Source of the DNA: Flavobacteriales bacterium
GTDB taxonomy: Bacteria > Bacteroidota > Bacteroidia > Flavobacteriales_F > PHOS-HE28
Length of the DNA stretch: 64,000 nucleotides
Assembly: GCA_016719225.1 (NCBI GenBank)
Contig: JADKAN010000004.1
Span: 578,707-642,706 of the forward strand
Direction: 5' to 3'
The translations under genes were made by a program, and so were the position numbers. The notes under the pieces are model-generated. The model saw only the letters and a list, made by a program, of their open reading frames with translations, searched no databases and was not told the DNA's origin. This document shows, piece by piece, positions 42,836 through 52,053 of this stretch (the first letter of the stretch is position 1; the number at the start of each line of letters is the position of its first letter).

Positions 42836-45349
42836 TTACAGCTCGCCAAGATCTATGCCAATTGTGAAATGGAACTGGCTTCTCGCCATGTTGGGCTTGC
42901 CGGGAACATCGTCGAAGCGCCAGCCGTAGTCCAACCCCATCGGCCCGAACATGGGCAGGAAGAGGCGCAGGCCGATCCCCGCACTGCGGTAAACTTTGAA
43001 CGGGTCGTAGCGGTCGATCGAATTCCAGGCATTGGCCGCTTCCGCAAAGCCCAAAGCGAAGATGGTGGCCTGCGGATTGAGCGATACCGGGAAGCGGATC
43101 TCCGCGGTGTATTTGTTCACGAAGAAGCTTCCGAAGTCCGGTGAAAGGGCCAGGTCGTCATAACCGCGCAACGCAATGATCTCGCGGCCATCCAACTGGA
43201 ACCCTGTAAGTCCGCTACCGCCGAGATAGAAGCGCTCGAAAGGTGAGGTATTGGTGCGGTCCGTGTAGCGGCCGAGGAAGCCGAGGCCCACCCGTGCCAT
43301 CAGCACGAAATCGTGCTTGGTCTTGCTGCGCGTCAGCTTGGTGAACCATTGGCTGGTGAATTTCCACTTGTGGAATTCGGCGAGCCGGTATTGTTCCGAA
43401 GGCTCTTGGAGCGTGTAGTTCACCCCGGGATTGAACACGGACCATGGCGGTGTGGCTTTCACCGATACGCTGGTCTCCGAACCTTGCGTGATCCAGAACG
43501 GTTCGGCGATGGACCGCCGCGCAAAGCGCAGTTGCATAGCATACACATTGCTGTTGCCGTTGCTGAAGGCGAAAAGTGAATTCCAGTTCTGCAGCCTGTA
43601 CTGCTGGTAGCTACCGGTGAGGTTCACGAAGAAGTAATCATCCGGCCAGTTGAGGCGCTTGCCCAAGCCCACTGCGCCGCCCAGGATACCGAGCTGTTGG
43701 AAGGTGGGATCCTCGGTGCTCACGCCGTTGGTCTGGCGTGTGTAATAGCCGGAAAGGCTGAGCGAATTGGGCTTGCGGCCACCGAGCCATGGCTCAATAA
43801 AGGAGAGGCTGTAGCTCTGGTAGTAGCTCCCGTTGGTCTGTGCGCGCAGGCTCAACGTTTGGCCATCACCGGCAGGTAGCGGGGTCCACGCTCTTTTGTC
43901 GAAGATCTTCCGCATGCTGAAGTTGGTGAAAGAAAGTCCCAACGACACCAGCACACGGCCGCCGCCGTAGCCGCCGCTCAGCTCCAAGCGGTCGCTCGGC
44001 TTCTCAGCCACGGTGTAATCCAGGTCCACGAGGCCGGTGCGCGGGTCCGGCCGCGGGTTGACCCCTACCTGTGCGGGATCGAAGAAGCCTAGACTGATGA
44101 GCTGCTGTTGCGAACGGATGACCTCGCTGCGGTCGAACAGGTCGCCCGGACGCGTGCGGATCTCCCGCCGGATCACATGGTCGAAGGTCTTCGTGTTCCC
44201 CGAAACGGTAATGTCACGGATACGGTACTGTTTCCCTTCACGGATGCGTACCTCCAGGTCGATGCTATCTCCTTCCACACGCTCAATGGGGTCCGGATTG
44301 AAGCTGAGGTAGCCGCGGTCCATGTAGAGCGAGCTGATGTCCACGCCGCTCGGGTTCATGTACAGGCGGCTGTCCAACTTTTTCTTGTTGTAGGGCTCAC
44401 CATGCTTGATGCCGAGGATCTTCACCAGCGTATCGTTGGGATACTTGGTGTTCCCGGTGAACATGATGTCGCGGAAGTAGAACCGGTGCCCTTCGTCAAC
44501 GGTGATGTCGATGGCGATCTTCTTGTCCGAAACGAAGCGCACCGTGTCCTTGGTCACCACAGCGTTGCGATATCCCTTTTCGTTGTAGAGATCGATGATC
44601 TTGGCCTTATCGTCGCGGAACGAGGTGCTGATGAACTTGCTGCTGCCGAAGATGTTGTACCACCGCTTGCGCTTGGTCTCCTTCATCGCGCGGCGCAGTT
44701 TGCCGTCGGTGATGTTCTCGTTGCCGTGGAAGAAGATGTCCTGGATGCGTACACGCGGCCCTTTGTCCACGAGCACCTTCATGCGCACGCTGTTCTCCAG
44801 CGTGGTGTCGTTGGTCTGCTCAATGCGAGCATCCGCCTTCAGGTAGCCCTTTTCACGGAAGTAATGGCTTACCGCTTGCCGCGTATTGGCCAGCACTGCA
44901 TCGTTCACCTGCTGCCCACGCTGCATGTCGATCACATCCCGGAGTTTGTCCCCTTCATTCCGTGTAACGGTGCCGGCGAAGCCGTAGCTGGCGAGCTGCG
45001 GGTTCTCCATCACGATAATGTTGAGGAAAGCCGTGGCGCCGCGCGTCTCAGCGAGCTCAATGCGAACGTCACTGAATAATTTCTGGTCCCAAATGGCACG
45101 TATGGCCTTGCCGATCTTGTCACCGGGAATGGTCACTTTGTCGCCCACTTTCAGCCCGCTGAAAAGCTTTACAGCATTCGGATCGCGCGTTACGCAACCG
45201 CTCACGGTGATGCCGGCGATCGTGTATTCCTTCGGATAACCGTAGTCCGATGCAGGTACACCCAGCCCTTGGGCCGTGACGGAAGTACCGGTGCCCGTAA
45301 GCACCAGAAGGAATGCCGCAAGGCGGAGCATTTGTCGCATAGCCGTCAT
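42836..45349 (-). CDS. bamA: outer membrane protein assembly factor BamA
   Basis: 837 aa with a signal peptide, five POTRA-like repeats and an Omp85 barrel. The C-terminus reads ...FHFTIGIDLGEL. It lies in the conserved uppS-bamA-ompH context. Confidence 0.93.
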   Translation of the reverse strand: MTAMRQMLRLAAFLLVLTGTGTSVTAQGLGVPASDYGYPKEYTIAGITVSGCVTRDPNAVKLFSGLKVGDKVTIPGDKIGKAIRAIWDQKLFSDVRIELAETRGATAFLNIIVMENPQLASYGFAGTVTRNEGDKLRDVIDMQRGQQVNDAVLANTRQAVSHYFREKGYLKADARIEQTNDTTLENSVRMKVLVDKGPRVRIQDIFFHGNENITDGKLRRAMKETKRKRWYNIFGSSKFISTSFRDDKAKIIDLYNEKGYRNAVVTKDTVRFVSDKKIAIDITVDEGHRFYFRDIMFTGNTKYPNDTLVKILGIKHGEPYNKKKLDSRLYMNPSGVDISSLYMDRGYLSFNPDPIERVEGDSIDLEVRIREGKQYRIRDITVSGNTKTFDHVIRREIRTRPGDLFDRSEVIRSQQQLISLGFFDPAQVGVNPRPDPRTGLVDLDYTVAEKPSDRLELSGGYGGGRVLVSLGLSFTNFSMRKIFDKRAWTPLPAGDGQTLSLRAQTNGSYYQSYSLSFIEPWLGGRKPNSLSLSGYYTRQTNGVSTEDPTFQQLGILGGAVGLGKRLNWPDDYFFVNLTGSYQQYRLQNWNSLFAFSNGNSNVYAMQLRFARRSIAEPFWITQGSETSVSVKATPPWSVFNPGVNYTLQEPSEQYRLAEFHKWKFTSQWFTKLTRSKTKHDFVLMARVGLGFLGRYTDRTNTSPFERFYLGGSGLTGFQLDGREIIALRGYDDLALSPDFGSFFVNKYTAEIRFPVSLNPQATIFALGFAEAANAWNSIDRYDPFKVYRSAGIGLRLFLPMFGPMGLDYGWRFDDVPGKPNMARSQFHFTIGIDLGEL

Positions 45350-46188
45350 TGCGGGTCTTGCAGCTGTTCACGCGTGCGGCCGAAGCGGCGCTCACGTTGT
45401 TGGAAATCGAGTACGGCCTGGTACAGATGTTCTTTCCGGAAATCGGGCCAAAGGACCGGCGTGAACCACAGTTCGGCATAAGCGATCTCCCACAGCAGGA
45501 AGTTGCTGATGCGGTGCTCGCCACTGGTGCGCACCAGCAGTTCCGGGTGCGGAATGCCACTGGTGCTCAGCCGCGCACTGATGGCCTTTTCGTCTATATC
45601 GTGCATGCCGATGCGGCCTTCCTTTATGTCGTTCGCCACGCCGCGCACCATGCGCAGGATGTCCCAACGCGCGCTGTAGCTCAACGCCAACGTCAAGGTG
45701 ATCCGCATGTTGCCCGCGGTGTGGTCCATCGCCTTTTTCAAAGCACCACGGCAACCCACCGGCAGGCTGTCCAGGTCGCCGATGGCGTTGAGCCGCACGC
45801 CGTTCTCGTGCAATTCGCTCACTTCACTGGCCAACGTGTTCACCAGCAGTTCCATCAACGCGTCCACCTCGGCCTTTGGGCGGCTCCAATTCTCCGTGCT
45901 GAAGGCGTACAAGGTCAGGTATTTTATGCCGATCTCCGTGGCGCCCGTAAGTGTTTCCCGGATAGGCTGCACCCCGTTGACATGGCCCTGAACGCGATGT
46001 TCACCCTTGTTTTCCGCCCAACGGCCATTGCCGTCCATGATCACGGCGATATGCACGGGAACGCGCGCGGGGTCGATCCGCTCGCGCAGTTCTTGTTCGG
46101 TGGATGTATGGGGCGTGTTCACGGAAAGGGGGGCGAAGGTCGCAATTGCCGGTGAATGATGGAAACAGGCGGGGTGGGGTTTTACCAC
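45346..46188 (-). CDS. uppS: isoprenyl transferase (undecaprenyl-diphosphate synthase)
   Basis: HIAVIMDGNGRWA, ...LTLYAFSTENW.RP..EV, ...RTSGE.R.SNFLLWE.AY.E. The start is uncertain. The ORF maximum is 46188, and an internal GTG at 46122 would give a more typical N-terminal length. Confidence 0.9.
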   Translation of the reverse strand: MVKPHPACFHHSPAIATFAPLSVNTPHTSTEQELRERIDPARVPVHIAVIMDGNGRWAENKGEHRVQGHVNGVQPIRETLTGATEIGIKYLTLYAFSTENWSRPKAEVDALMELLVNTLASEVSELHENGVRLNAIGDLDSLPVGCRGALKKAMDHTAGNMRITLTLALSYSARWDILRMVRGVANDIKEGRIGMHDIDEKAISARLSTSGIPHPELLVRTSGEHRISNFLLWEIAYAELWFTPVLWPDFRKEHLYQAVLDFQQRERRFGRTREQLQDPQ

Positions 46189-46419
46189 AAAAGGCGCAAA
46201 GAAAGTACGTGCCTACGTTGAATGAACCGCATAACACTCGCAGGTCCGGTACGTTTCTGAGAGTGGGAAATGCCGGTCTCCGCGCCCAAAGCATTTCTCA
46301 GGTCTGATCTCCGGCAGAAATGTCAGGCGGTATTACGGACGTGGATCAGGAATTCGGGGATCCGTAGTTGCTTCGTAAAGTGCCTGATAACCCGGAAGCT
46401 CTTGCGGTAAATAGCGGCC

Positions 46420-47250
46420 CTACCGCCGCTTTTTATCCCAAATAGCGTCGCATTCCGTGAAGCGCGTGAGCAGGTAGCTCAGGGTGACGCCGGTATAATT
46501 GTACCAGTCGCGGGTCTGACTGTCGCCGCGTGCGCGGCCGGTGTTGAAGCCACTGGTGCGCAACGCGCTGGGATCACTGAGCAAAGCGGTGAGCGGGCCT
46601 GCTTCGGTCTGCAGGACAGTGTTGTCCACGTACGTGCCGCTCACGTCATCGATGTAGTCCGTGTAGGTGCGGCGAAGGCCCCATTCCATCTGCAGGTCCA
46701 ACTTGGCGGTAAGTGCAAGCTTCAGACCCACGCCAAAAGGAATGCAGAACTGGTTCAGGCTATACCCTGCTCCGTTGCCCGTGCCTTGGCCTTCCGTGCC
46801 CAAGGGTTGCAGCTCATACCACGTGTCGTTCAGCAGGTTCTCGGGATTGGTATGGAAATAGGCGAGCCCGACGAACACGAACGGGGTCCACGTCTTATTG
46901 TCCTTTGCGAGGCCGCGGTACTTGAAGAAATTCACCTCCAGCAGCGCGGAACCTTCGAACAGTACGCTTCGGAAACCGAGGTTCCGCAATTGCTGCAGCG
47001 GGTCCGGGGAATCGCGGTCGTATGCCTCCAAATTCGAGTACAGACCTTGGAAACGGATGGCATACCGCTCGTTGAAGTTGTAGCGGTACATAAGCCCGAA
47101 ACCCGCATGGGTGTTCTTCGGGTAGTGCTTGTACGGATTGAGATCGCCGATGTAATAGGTGACCCCACCCGTGATGCCCAACTCGCCCACCTGCGCAGCA
47201 GCAGGCAGCGCCGCCAGCATGAGCAAGGATAAGCCGAAAGCTTTGGTCAT
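46420..47250 (-). CDS. DUF6089-like outer-membrane beta-barrel protein
   Basis: Signal peptide MTKAFGLSLLMLAALPAAAQ. The body reads ELGITGGVTYYIGDLNP...GLMYRYNFNERYA.R. It occupies the conserved position between nadK and uppS. Confidence 0.7.
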   Translation of the reverse strand: MTKAFGLSLLMLAALPAAAQVGELGITGGVTYYIGDLNPYKHYPKNTHAGFGLMYRYNFNERYAIRFQGLYSNLEAYDRDSPDPLQQLRNLGFRSVLFEGSALLEVNFFKYRGLAKDNKTWTPFVFVGLAYFHTNPENLLNDTWYELQPLGTEGQGTGNGAGYSLNQFCIPFGVGLKLALTAKLDLQMEWGLRRTYTDYIDDVSGTYVDNTVLQTEAGPLTALLSDPSALRTSGFNTGRARGDSQTRDWYNYTGVTLSYLLTRFTECDAIWDKKRR

Positions 47251-47320
47251 CGGGTGCAACAACGGACCCGCGGGGCGATCCGTGCGTGGGCGGCGAATTT
47301 AGTGCGGTGTGAACTATCGG

Positions 47321-47352
47321 CCGTAGAATTGGCAGTGCGCTACTGCCTACGG
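47321..47352 (-). promoter_or_regulatory. intercistronic stem-loop between nadK and the DUF6089-like gene
   Basis: CCGTAG-AATT-GGCAGT-GCGCT-ACTGCC-TACGG. The inner stem is a perfect 6 bp and the outer stem is 5 bp. There is no U-run. Confidence 0.4.
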
Positions 47353-47389
47353 TTCGTGGAACAGCAAACCCCAGCTTGTCCGATCGGGC

Positions 47390-48283
47390 TCATACGCCTT
47401 GGAACCCCGGTCTTGCGGAACGGATGTCCAGTCCCCACGCCAGTTTGGAGCGCAGGGTGTCCAAAAAGTCCTGCCCGGTCAGTTGAACGAGCTTGGCGCG
47501 GTGATCCGCGCTGCTGACGCGGAGGTCCACTTGGCGGTCAAGGATCTCGCTCCGCGAGTCCATGTTCACCAGGTATTTTTCGCCTCGTGCATCCACGGTG
47601 AGGGTGAGTTCGCTGCTCCAAGGCACTACAAAGGGTCGCACGTTGAGGTTGTGCGGACTGATGGGCGTTACCGTCATGGCCTCGCAATCGGGCGACATGA
47701 TGGGACCGCCGCAACTGAGCGAGTAGGCAGTGCTGCCGGTCGGCGTTGCGATGATGAGGCCGTCCGCCCAATAGGTGTTCAGGTATCGGCCGTCCAAATG
47801 TGCGTGTATGGCGATCATGGTCGCCCCGTCGCGTTTATGGATGCTCACTTCGTTCAGCGCGGTCCCTCCTTCGAACGCCGGTAGGCCTTTCATGGCGAGC
47901 AGCCCGCGCTCTGTGATGCTGTATTCACCCCTCAACACGGCCTGCAGTGTTTGGTCCGTTTCCTCTAGACGGGTGCTGCTGAGGAAGCCCAGCCTACCGA
48001 GGTTGATGCCGAGCACGGGTACCCCGCTCGCACCTAGAAAGGCCACACTGTCCAAAAAACTACCATCCCCCCCGAGGCTGATCAAGTAGTCCAGTTTTGC
48101 CTGTCCGGCCTGCAACATGGTCTCAGCACCCTCTGGCAGTGGTACGCCGGCCTCGGCCATGCGGTCCGCCAGGCCTTTTTCCACCACCGGCACGGCCCCT
48201 GCAGCGCTTACGCGGCTAATGATGTGCGCCACCGTGTGCGCCGCTTCAGCGGGATAAAGCCTTCCGTGGATACCGATACGCAT
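47390..48283 (-). CDS. nadK: NAD(+) kinase
   Basis: Contains the LISLGGDGSFL motif, and later ...TPTGSTAYSLSCGGPI. Confidence 0.92.
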   Translation of the reverse strand: MRIGIHGRLYPAEAAHTVAHIISRVSAAGAVPVVEKGLADRMAEAGVPLPEGAETMLQAGQAKLDYLISLGGDGSFLDSVAFLGASGVPVLGINLGRLGFLSSTRLEETDQTLQAVLRGEYSITERGLLAMKGLPAFEGGTALNEVSIHKRDGATMIAIHAHLDGRYLNTYWADGLIIATPTGSTAYSLSCGGPIMSPDCEAMTVTPISPHNLNVRPFVVPWSSELTLTVDARGEKYLVNMDSRSEILDRQVDLRVSSADHRAKLVQLTGQDFLDTLRSKLAWGLDIRSARPGFQGV

Positions 48284-48295
48284 GGCTGAGGACGG

Positions 48296-49741
48296 TTAGA
48301 ACGGTTGGCTGAAATGTAGGTACAATCCCGTTTCCCCCAAGTGGTTCACGGCGCATTCCACCCGGAGGACCTGGTCGTAGCTGGTCACCAGATCCAGGCC
48401 TAGGCCACTGCCTTGCAGCAAGCGATCGGAAAGGAAGTTCTCCGCGCCATGAAGGTCGTCGCGCACGTAGGCCACGTCTGTGAAGGCATTGAGGTACACA
48501 GCGACATAAAGGTTGCGGAACGCCTCAACGGGTATGGGCTCCACCCGATAGTTAGCAGGCCGCACCAGCGCGAACAGCAGGTTGAATTTCGCCAGTCCGT
48601 AGTGCTGTCCGTCGATCACGTAGTACTCGTAGCCGCGGACGTAATCATCGTACCCCAGTCCTTCCTGCACATAATAGGGAATGCCGCCCCCCAGCGACGC
48701 CTTGCCGCTGAGGTTGGCACCGTAGCTCCACCTCTGGCCCGCTTTCCAGCTTCGCTGCACACTGGCCCGAACGGTCGTGACATCCGGTCCGGCACCCCCC
48801 AAGCCATAACGGTCCACCAATAAGTCCGCGTAGAGCCCGCTAAGGGTGAATGTGCGGGAATCGCGCAGGTCCAAGGTGAGCGTGTAGCCCAAGGCGGGAT
48901 AGGAGATGGATCCCGCGCCAGCGCCAAAGAAGTCCGGTGCGGCCAAAGCGACCGTGTCCCGGACACTGGCCTTGTGCCACGACGCACGCCAGCTGTGCCG
49001 TAGGTCGTGCAACGGCCTTAGGCTGGCTTTTACCTGCACGGTCCACGAATCGATAATGTTCTCCCCCGGCGAGCGCAGGAAAACGCGCTTATTGTCCACG
49101 GTGCCCACGGTGATCTCGTCCTGTTCGCCGTAGAAACCGCCGATCTCCGCGCCCCAGTGCTGTGCCCGATCGAAGAATGGAACGCGGTAACTCAGTCCGA
49201 ATTCATGCGAGTAGCCAAGCTGGACTTTCGCGAAGAACGTTTCGTTGAGGCCGCGCATGTTGTAGCGGTACAGGTAACCTCCGATGTTGATGCGCCGAAG
49301 GTCCTTAGTGAGCCACCACGTGTTGAAGTTCGGGTCAGCCAGGCGGATGATCGGCGAAGGCCACCAGAACCAACGCTCGTCCACGGTAACGGTGATGAAG
49401 ACCTCGTGAGGTCCGAGGAAGGTGGGCATCATCCCCACGGTGTTGAACAGGCCAAGATTCAGCAGGTTCTCGCGGCTTCGCGCCAAGCGGGCGTAGAGGT
49501 CGTCCGCGCTCAAGCTGTCGCCCAAGGCGAAGGTGAGCTCCCGCAACAGCACGCGCTCCTTCGTCCTGTCATTGCCTTCATATGCGATGCCGGAGACCAG
49601 GAAAGGTCCATCGAAACGCATGGGCGCATCCTGCGCAAAGGCTTTGCCTGCCGGTAGCAAATGCAGCAACAGTAGGACAGGTAGGGCGCGGCGAAGGACG
49701 CGGTGCCGTGGGCCGGTTTCGGCAAGCTGCACGGCGATCAC
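48296..49741 (-). CDS. Omp85/BamA-family outer-membrane protein (single POTRA + surface-antigen barrel)
   Basis: The POTRA-like region reads VSGIAYEGNDRTKERVLLRELTFALGDSLSADDLYARLARSRENLLNLGLFN. The barrel ends ...GLYLHFSQPF. The GTG start overlaps the CBS gene's stop (GTGA). Confidence 0.75.
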   Translation of the reverse strand: MIAVQLAETGPRHRVLRRALPVLLLLHLLPAGKAFAQDAPMRFDGPFLVSGIAYEGNDRTKERVLLRELTFALGDSLSADDLYARLARSRENLLNLGLFNTVGMMPTFLGPHEVFITVTVDERWFWWPSPIIRLADPNFNTWWLTKDLRRINIGGYLYRYNMRGLNETFFAKVQLGYSHEFGLSYRVPFFDRAQHWGAEIGGFYGEQDEITVGTVDNKRVFLRSPGENIIDSWTVQVKASLRPLHDLRHSWRASWHKASVRDTVALAAPDFFGAGAGSISYPALGYTLTLDLRDSRTFTLSGLYADLLVDRYGLGGAGPDVTTVRASVQRSWKAGQRWSYGANLSGKASLGGGIPYYVQEGLGYDDYVRGYEYYVIDGQHYGLAKFNLLFALVRPANYRVEPIPVEAFRNLYVAVYLNAFTDVAYVRDDLHGAENFLSDRLLQGSGLGLDLVTSYDQVLRVECAVNHLGETGLYLHFSQPF

Positions 49742-50400
49742 ATGTTGATGATACGCATCACGTCCAGGTAGCGGGTGCGAAGGTCGTCCTCCGCTTTACC
49801 ACCCTGGAAAGCGGTACGCACAGTGTATTCGAAGCGCTCGAAACTCCGAAGGATGGCGCCGATCTCTTCCCGGTTGATCTTCAGCGTTACCTGCATACGC
49901 ATGGTATCGGGTAGATCGCTGCAGTACACACTGAGCAGCCGCGCGCCCTCGTCCTCCACGATCCGTGCGATCTGTTGCAGTGAATAGTCGTTCCGGTCCA
50001 TCTCCAGCATCACGACGGTACCCGCCTCACTCGCATTGACGAGTTCGGCCAAGCGGCCCAGCGCGCGATGCTCGTCCACCACGCCGAGATAGTTGCCGGA
50101 CATATCCAACACCGGCACCACGGAAAGGCCCAACCGCGCCATGATCCGGAGCACGTCGTATACGTGCTGCCGGTCGCGCACATAAGGCACCTCCACCTGT
50201 TGCATCAGCTTGGCCACCGTTGCGTTGGGATCGGTGTTGTCCGCCAGTGCGGCATCCTTTATCAAGCCGAGCAGGCGGTTCTGCTGCACCACGGGCAATT
50301 CGGCCACCTTGAATTCTTCCATCAGGTCCAACGCGCGCGCCACGCCGTCCTCCGGCCTCAAGGGCAGGATGGCGGGGGAGAGGAGGTCGATGGCTTCCAT
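49738..50400 (-). CDS. CBS-pair domain protein
   Basis: This is the 3' third of ORF 49738..51165. The start is set at [19 protein letters not shown] (ATG at 50400). There are two CBS motifs (...VAELPVV..NRLLGLI...; ...[16 protein letters not shown]) and an ACT-like C-terminus. The rest of the long ORF is antisense to pdxJ. Confidence 0.8.
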   Translation of the reverse strand: MEAIDLLSPAILPLRPEDGVARALDLMEEFKVAELPVVQQNRLLGLIKDAALADNTDPNATVAKLMQQVEVPYVRDRQHVYDVLRIMARLGLSVVPVLDMSGNYLGVVDEHRALGRLAELVNASEAGTVVMLEMDRNDYSLQQIARIVEDEGARLLSVYCSDLPDTMRMQVTLKINREEIGAILRSFERFEYTVRTAFQGGKAEDDLRTRYLDVMRIINM

Positions 50401-50475
50401 GCGTTCAGCGGGCCCGGCGTGCGTCCGTACTTTTGGGCCACGCTCCGGGGGAACAAAGTAAAGGAGTGTAAACCG

Positions 50476-51189
50476 ATGACCCGGCTCAGTGTGAACATCA
50501 ACAAACTTGCCACGTTGCGTAATGCCCGCGGTGGCAACAATCCCGATGTGCTCGCTTGGGCGCTGGAAATTGAACGGTACGGTGCACAGGGCATCACCGT
50601 GCACCCACGGCCGGACGAACGACACATCCGCTTTTCCGATGTGTATGCCCTTGCACCAAAGCTCACCACGGAGTTCAACATTGAAGGCTATCCCGGTGAA
50701 GATCTGATACAAATGGTGCTGGCGGTGAAGCCCGCGCAAGTGACGCTGGTTCCGGACCCTCCCGGTGTGCTCACCAGCAATGCCGGCTGGGATGCAAAGG
50801 CGCGCAAAGCGGAACTGAAACCCATCGTGAAACGCTTCAAGGAGGCGGGCATCCGCGTATCGCTTTTCATGGGTACCGACCCGGAGCAGATCGGGCACGC
50901 CGCCGATACTGGAACGGACCGCATTGAGCTGTATACCGAACCATACGCTGAGGAATATGCGGCTGACCGTGAGGCCGCCGTGGCGCCCTTCACCAGAGCT
51001 GCGGAAACGGCAAGTGCACTCGGCTTGGGACTGAATGCCGGCCACGATCTGGACCTTAACAACCTGGCTTGGTTCAACCGGAACGTTCCCGGCTTGAACG
51101 AGGTTTCCATCGGCCATGCGCTGATCTGCGATGCCTTGCGCTTCGGCATGGAGAACACCGTTCAACTTTACCTGCGTGAACTGCGATGA
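50476..51189 (+). CDS. pdxJ: pyridoxine 5'-phosphate synthase
   Basis: The start is trimmed to [20 protein letters not shown]. Later motifs are ...[12 protein letters not shown], ...NIEGYP and ...LNAGHDL. Confidence 0.93.
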   Translation: MTRLSVNINKLATLRNARGGNNPDVLAWALEIERYGAQGITVHPRPDERHIRFSDVYALAPKLTTEFNIEGYPGEDLIQMVLAVKPAQVTLVPDPPGVLTSNAGWDAKARKAELKPIVKRFKEAGIRVSLFMGTDPEQIGHAADTGTDRIELYTEPYAEEYAADREAAVAPFTRAAETASALGLGLNAGHDLDLNNLAWFNRNVPGLNEVSIGHALICDALRFGMENTVQLYLRELR

Positions 51190-51959
51190 GCGTGGAACTG
51201 TTCCACCGCCGAAGCGGCAGCGGACCGGCCATCGTGCTGCTTCATGGACTTTTTGGCAGCAGCGACAATTGGGGCACCGTTGCCCGTGACCTTACGAACG
51301 ACTTCGACGTGACACTGGTGGACCTGCGCGATCATGGCCGTTCACCACACACCGACGCCACGGATTACCTCCGCATGGCTGAAGATGTGCATGCGTTGTT
51401 CCTGCGATCAGGCCTGACGGACGCTTTATTGGTAGGCCATAGCATGGGCGGGAAGGCCGCGATGGTTTTCGCGCAGCGTTGGCCCGAACTTGTGAAACAC
51501 CTCGTGGTAGTGGACATCGGCCCACGCGAGTACCCCATTGGCGACCATGCTACGATCATGGAAGCCCTCCTTTCCAGTGAACTGTCCACGAAAACATCCC
51601 GACAGGAAGTGGAGGACCATTTGGAACGGTACATACCGGAAAAAGGTGTGGTTCAGTTCCTCCTAAAAAGCCTGTATTGGTCTGAGCCGGGGAAATTGGC
51701 TTGGCGGTTCAACGTGCCCACCTTGCAACGCTGTCTCCCGGAGATCCACGGCGGGATCGGTCCGGCCGTGGTGAAGACGCCCACGCTTTTCATCCGTGGC
51801 GGCAAAAGTCCATATATCGTCCGGGAGGACTTGCCGCAGATCAAGGAGCAATTCCCGAACAGCCGCGTGGAAACGGTGGCGTATGCCGGACACTGGGTGC
51901 CCGCCCAAGCTCCGGAGGAAGTAGCGGCCATGATCCGTGGAGTGGCGGTGAATGCTTAG
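51186..51959 (+). CDS. alpha/beta-fold hydrolase
   Basis: [13 protein letters not shown], nucleophile elbow GHSMGGK, and ...AGHWV at the C-terminus. The ATGA start overlaps the pdxJ stop. Confidence 0.85.
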   Translation: MSVELFHRRSGSGPAIVLLHGLFGSSDNWGTVARDLTNDFDVTLVDLRDHGRSPHTDATDYLRMAEDVHALFLRSGLTDALLVGHSMGGKAAMVFAQRWPELVKHLVVVDIGPREYPIGDHATIMEALLSSELSTKTSRQEVEDHLERYIPEKGVVQFLLKSLYWSEPGKLAWRFNVPTLQRCLPEIHGGIGPAVVKTPTLFIRGGKSPYIVREDLPQIKEQFPNSRVETVAYAGHWVPAQAPEEVAAMIRGVAVNA

Positions 51960-52053
51960 CGTTGGTGCCTCCATATCTTGACTAAGTTGCTTACAACGCC
52001 CGCTGCAAACTGGTACTGTCTCAGTGCTACTTAGCGGATGAACGGGTCCGTAA

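Noticed and set aside
50401-51165. The upstream two-thirds of the 475-aa minus-strand ORF 49738..51165
   Set aside because: Only the last 220 codons (from ATG at 50400) encode the CBS-pair protein. The remainder is antisense to pdxJ and reads as low-complexity Arg/Gly/His sequence.
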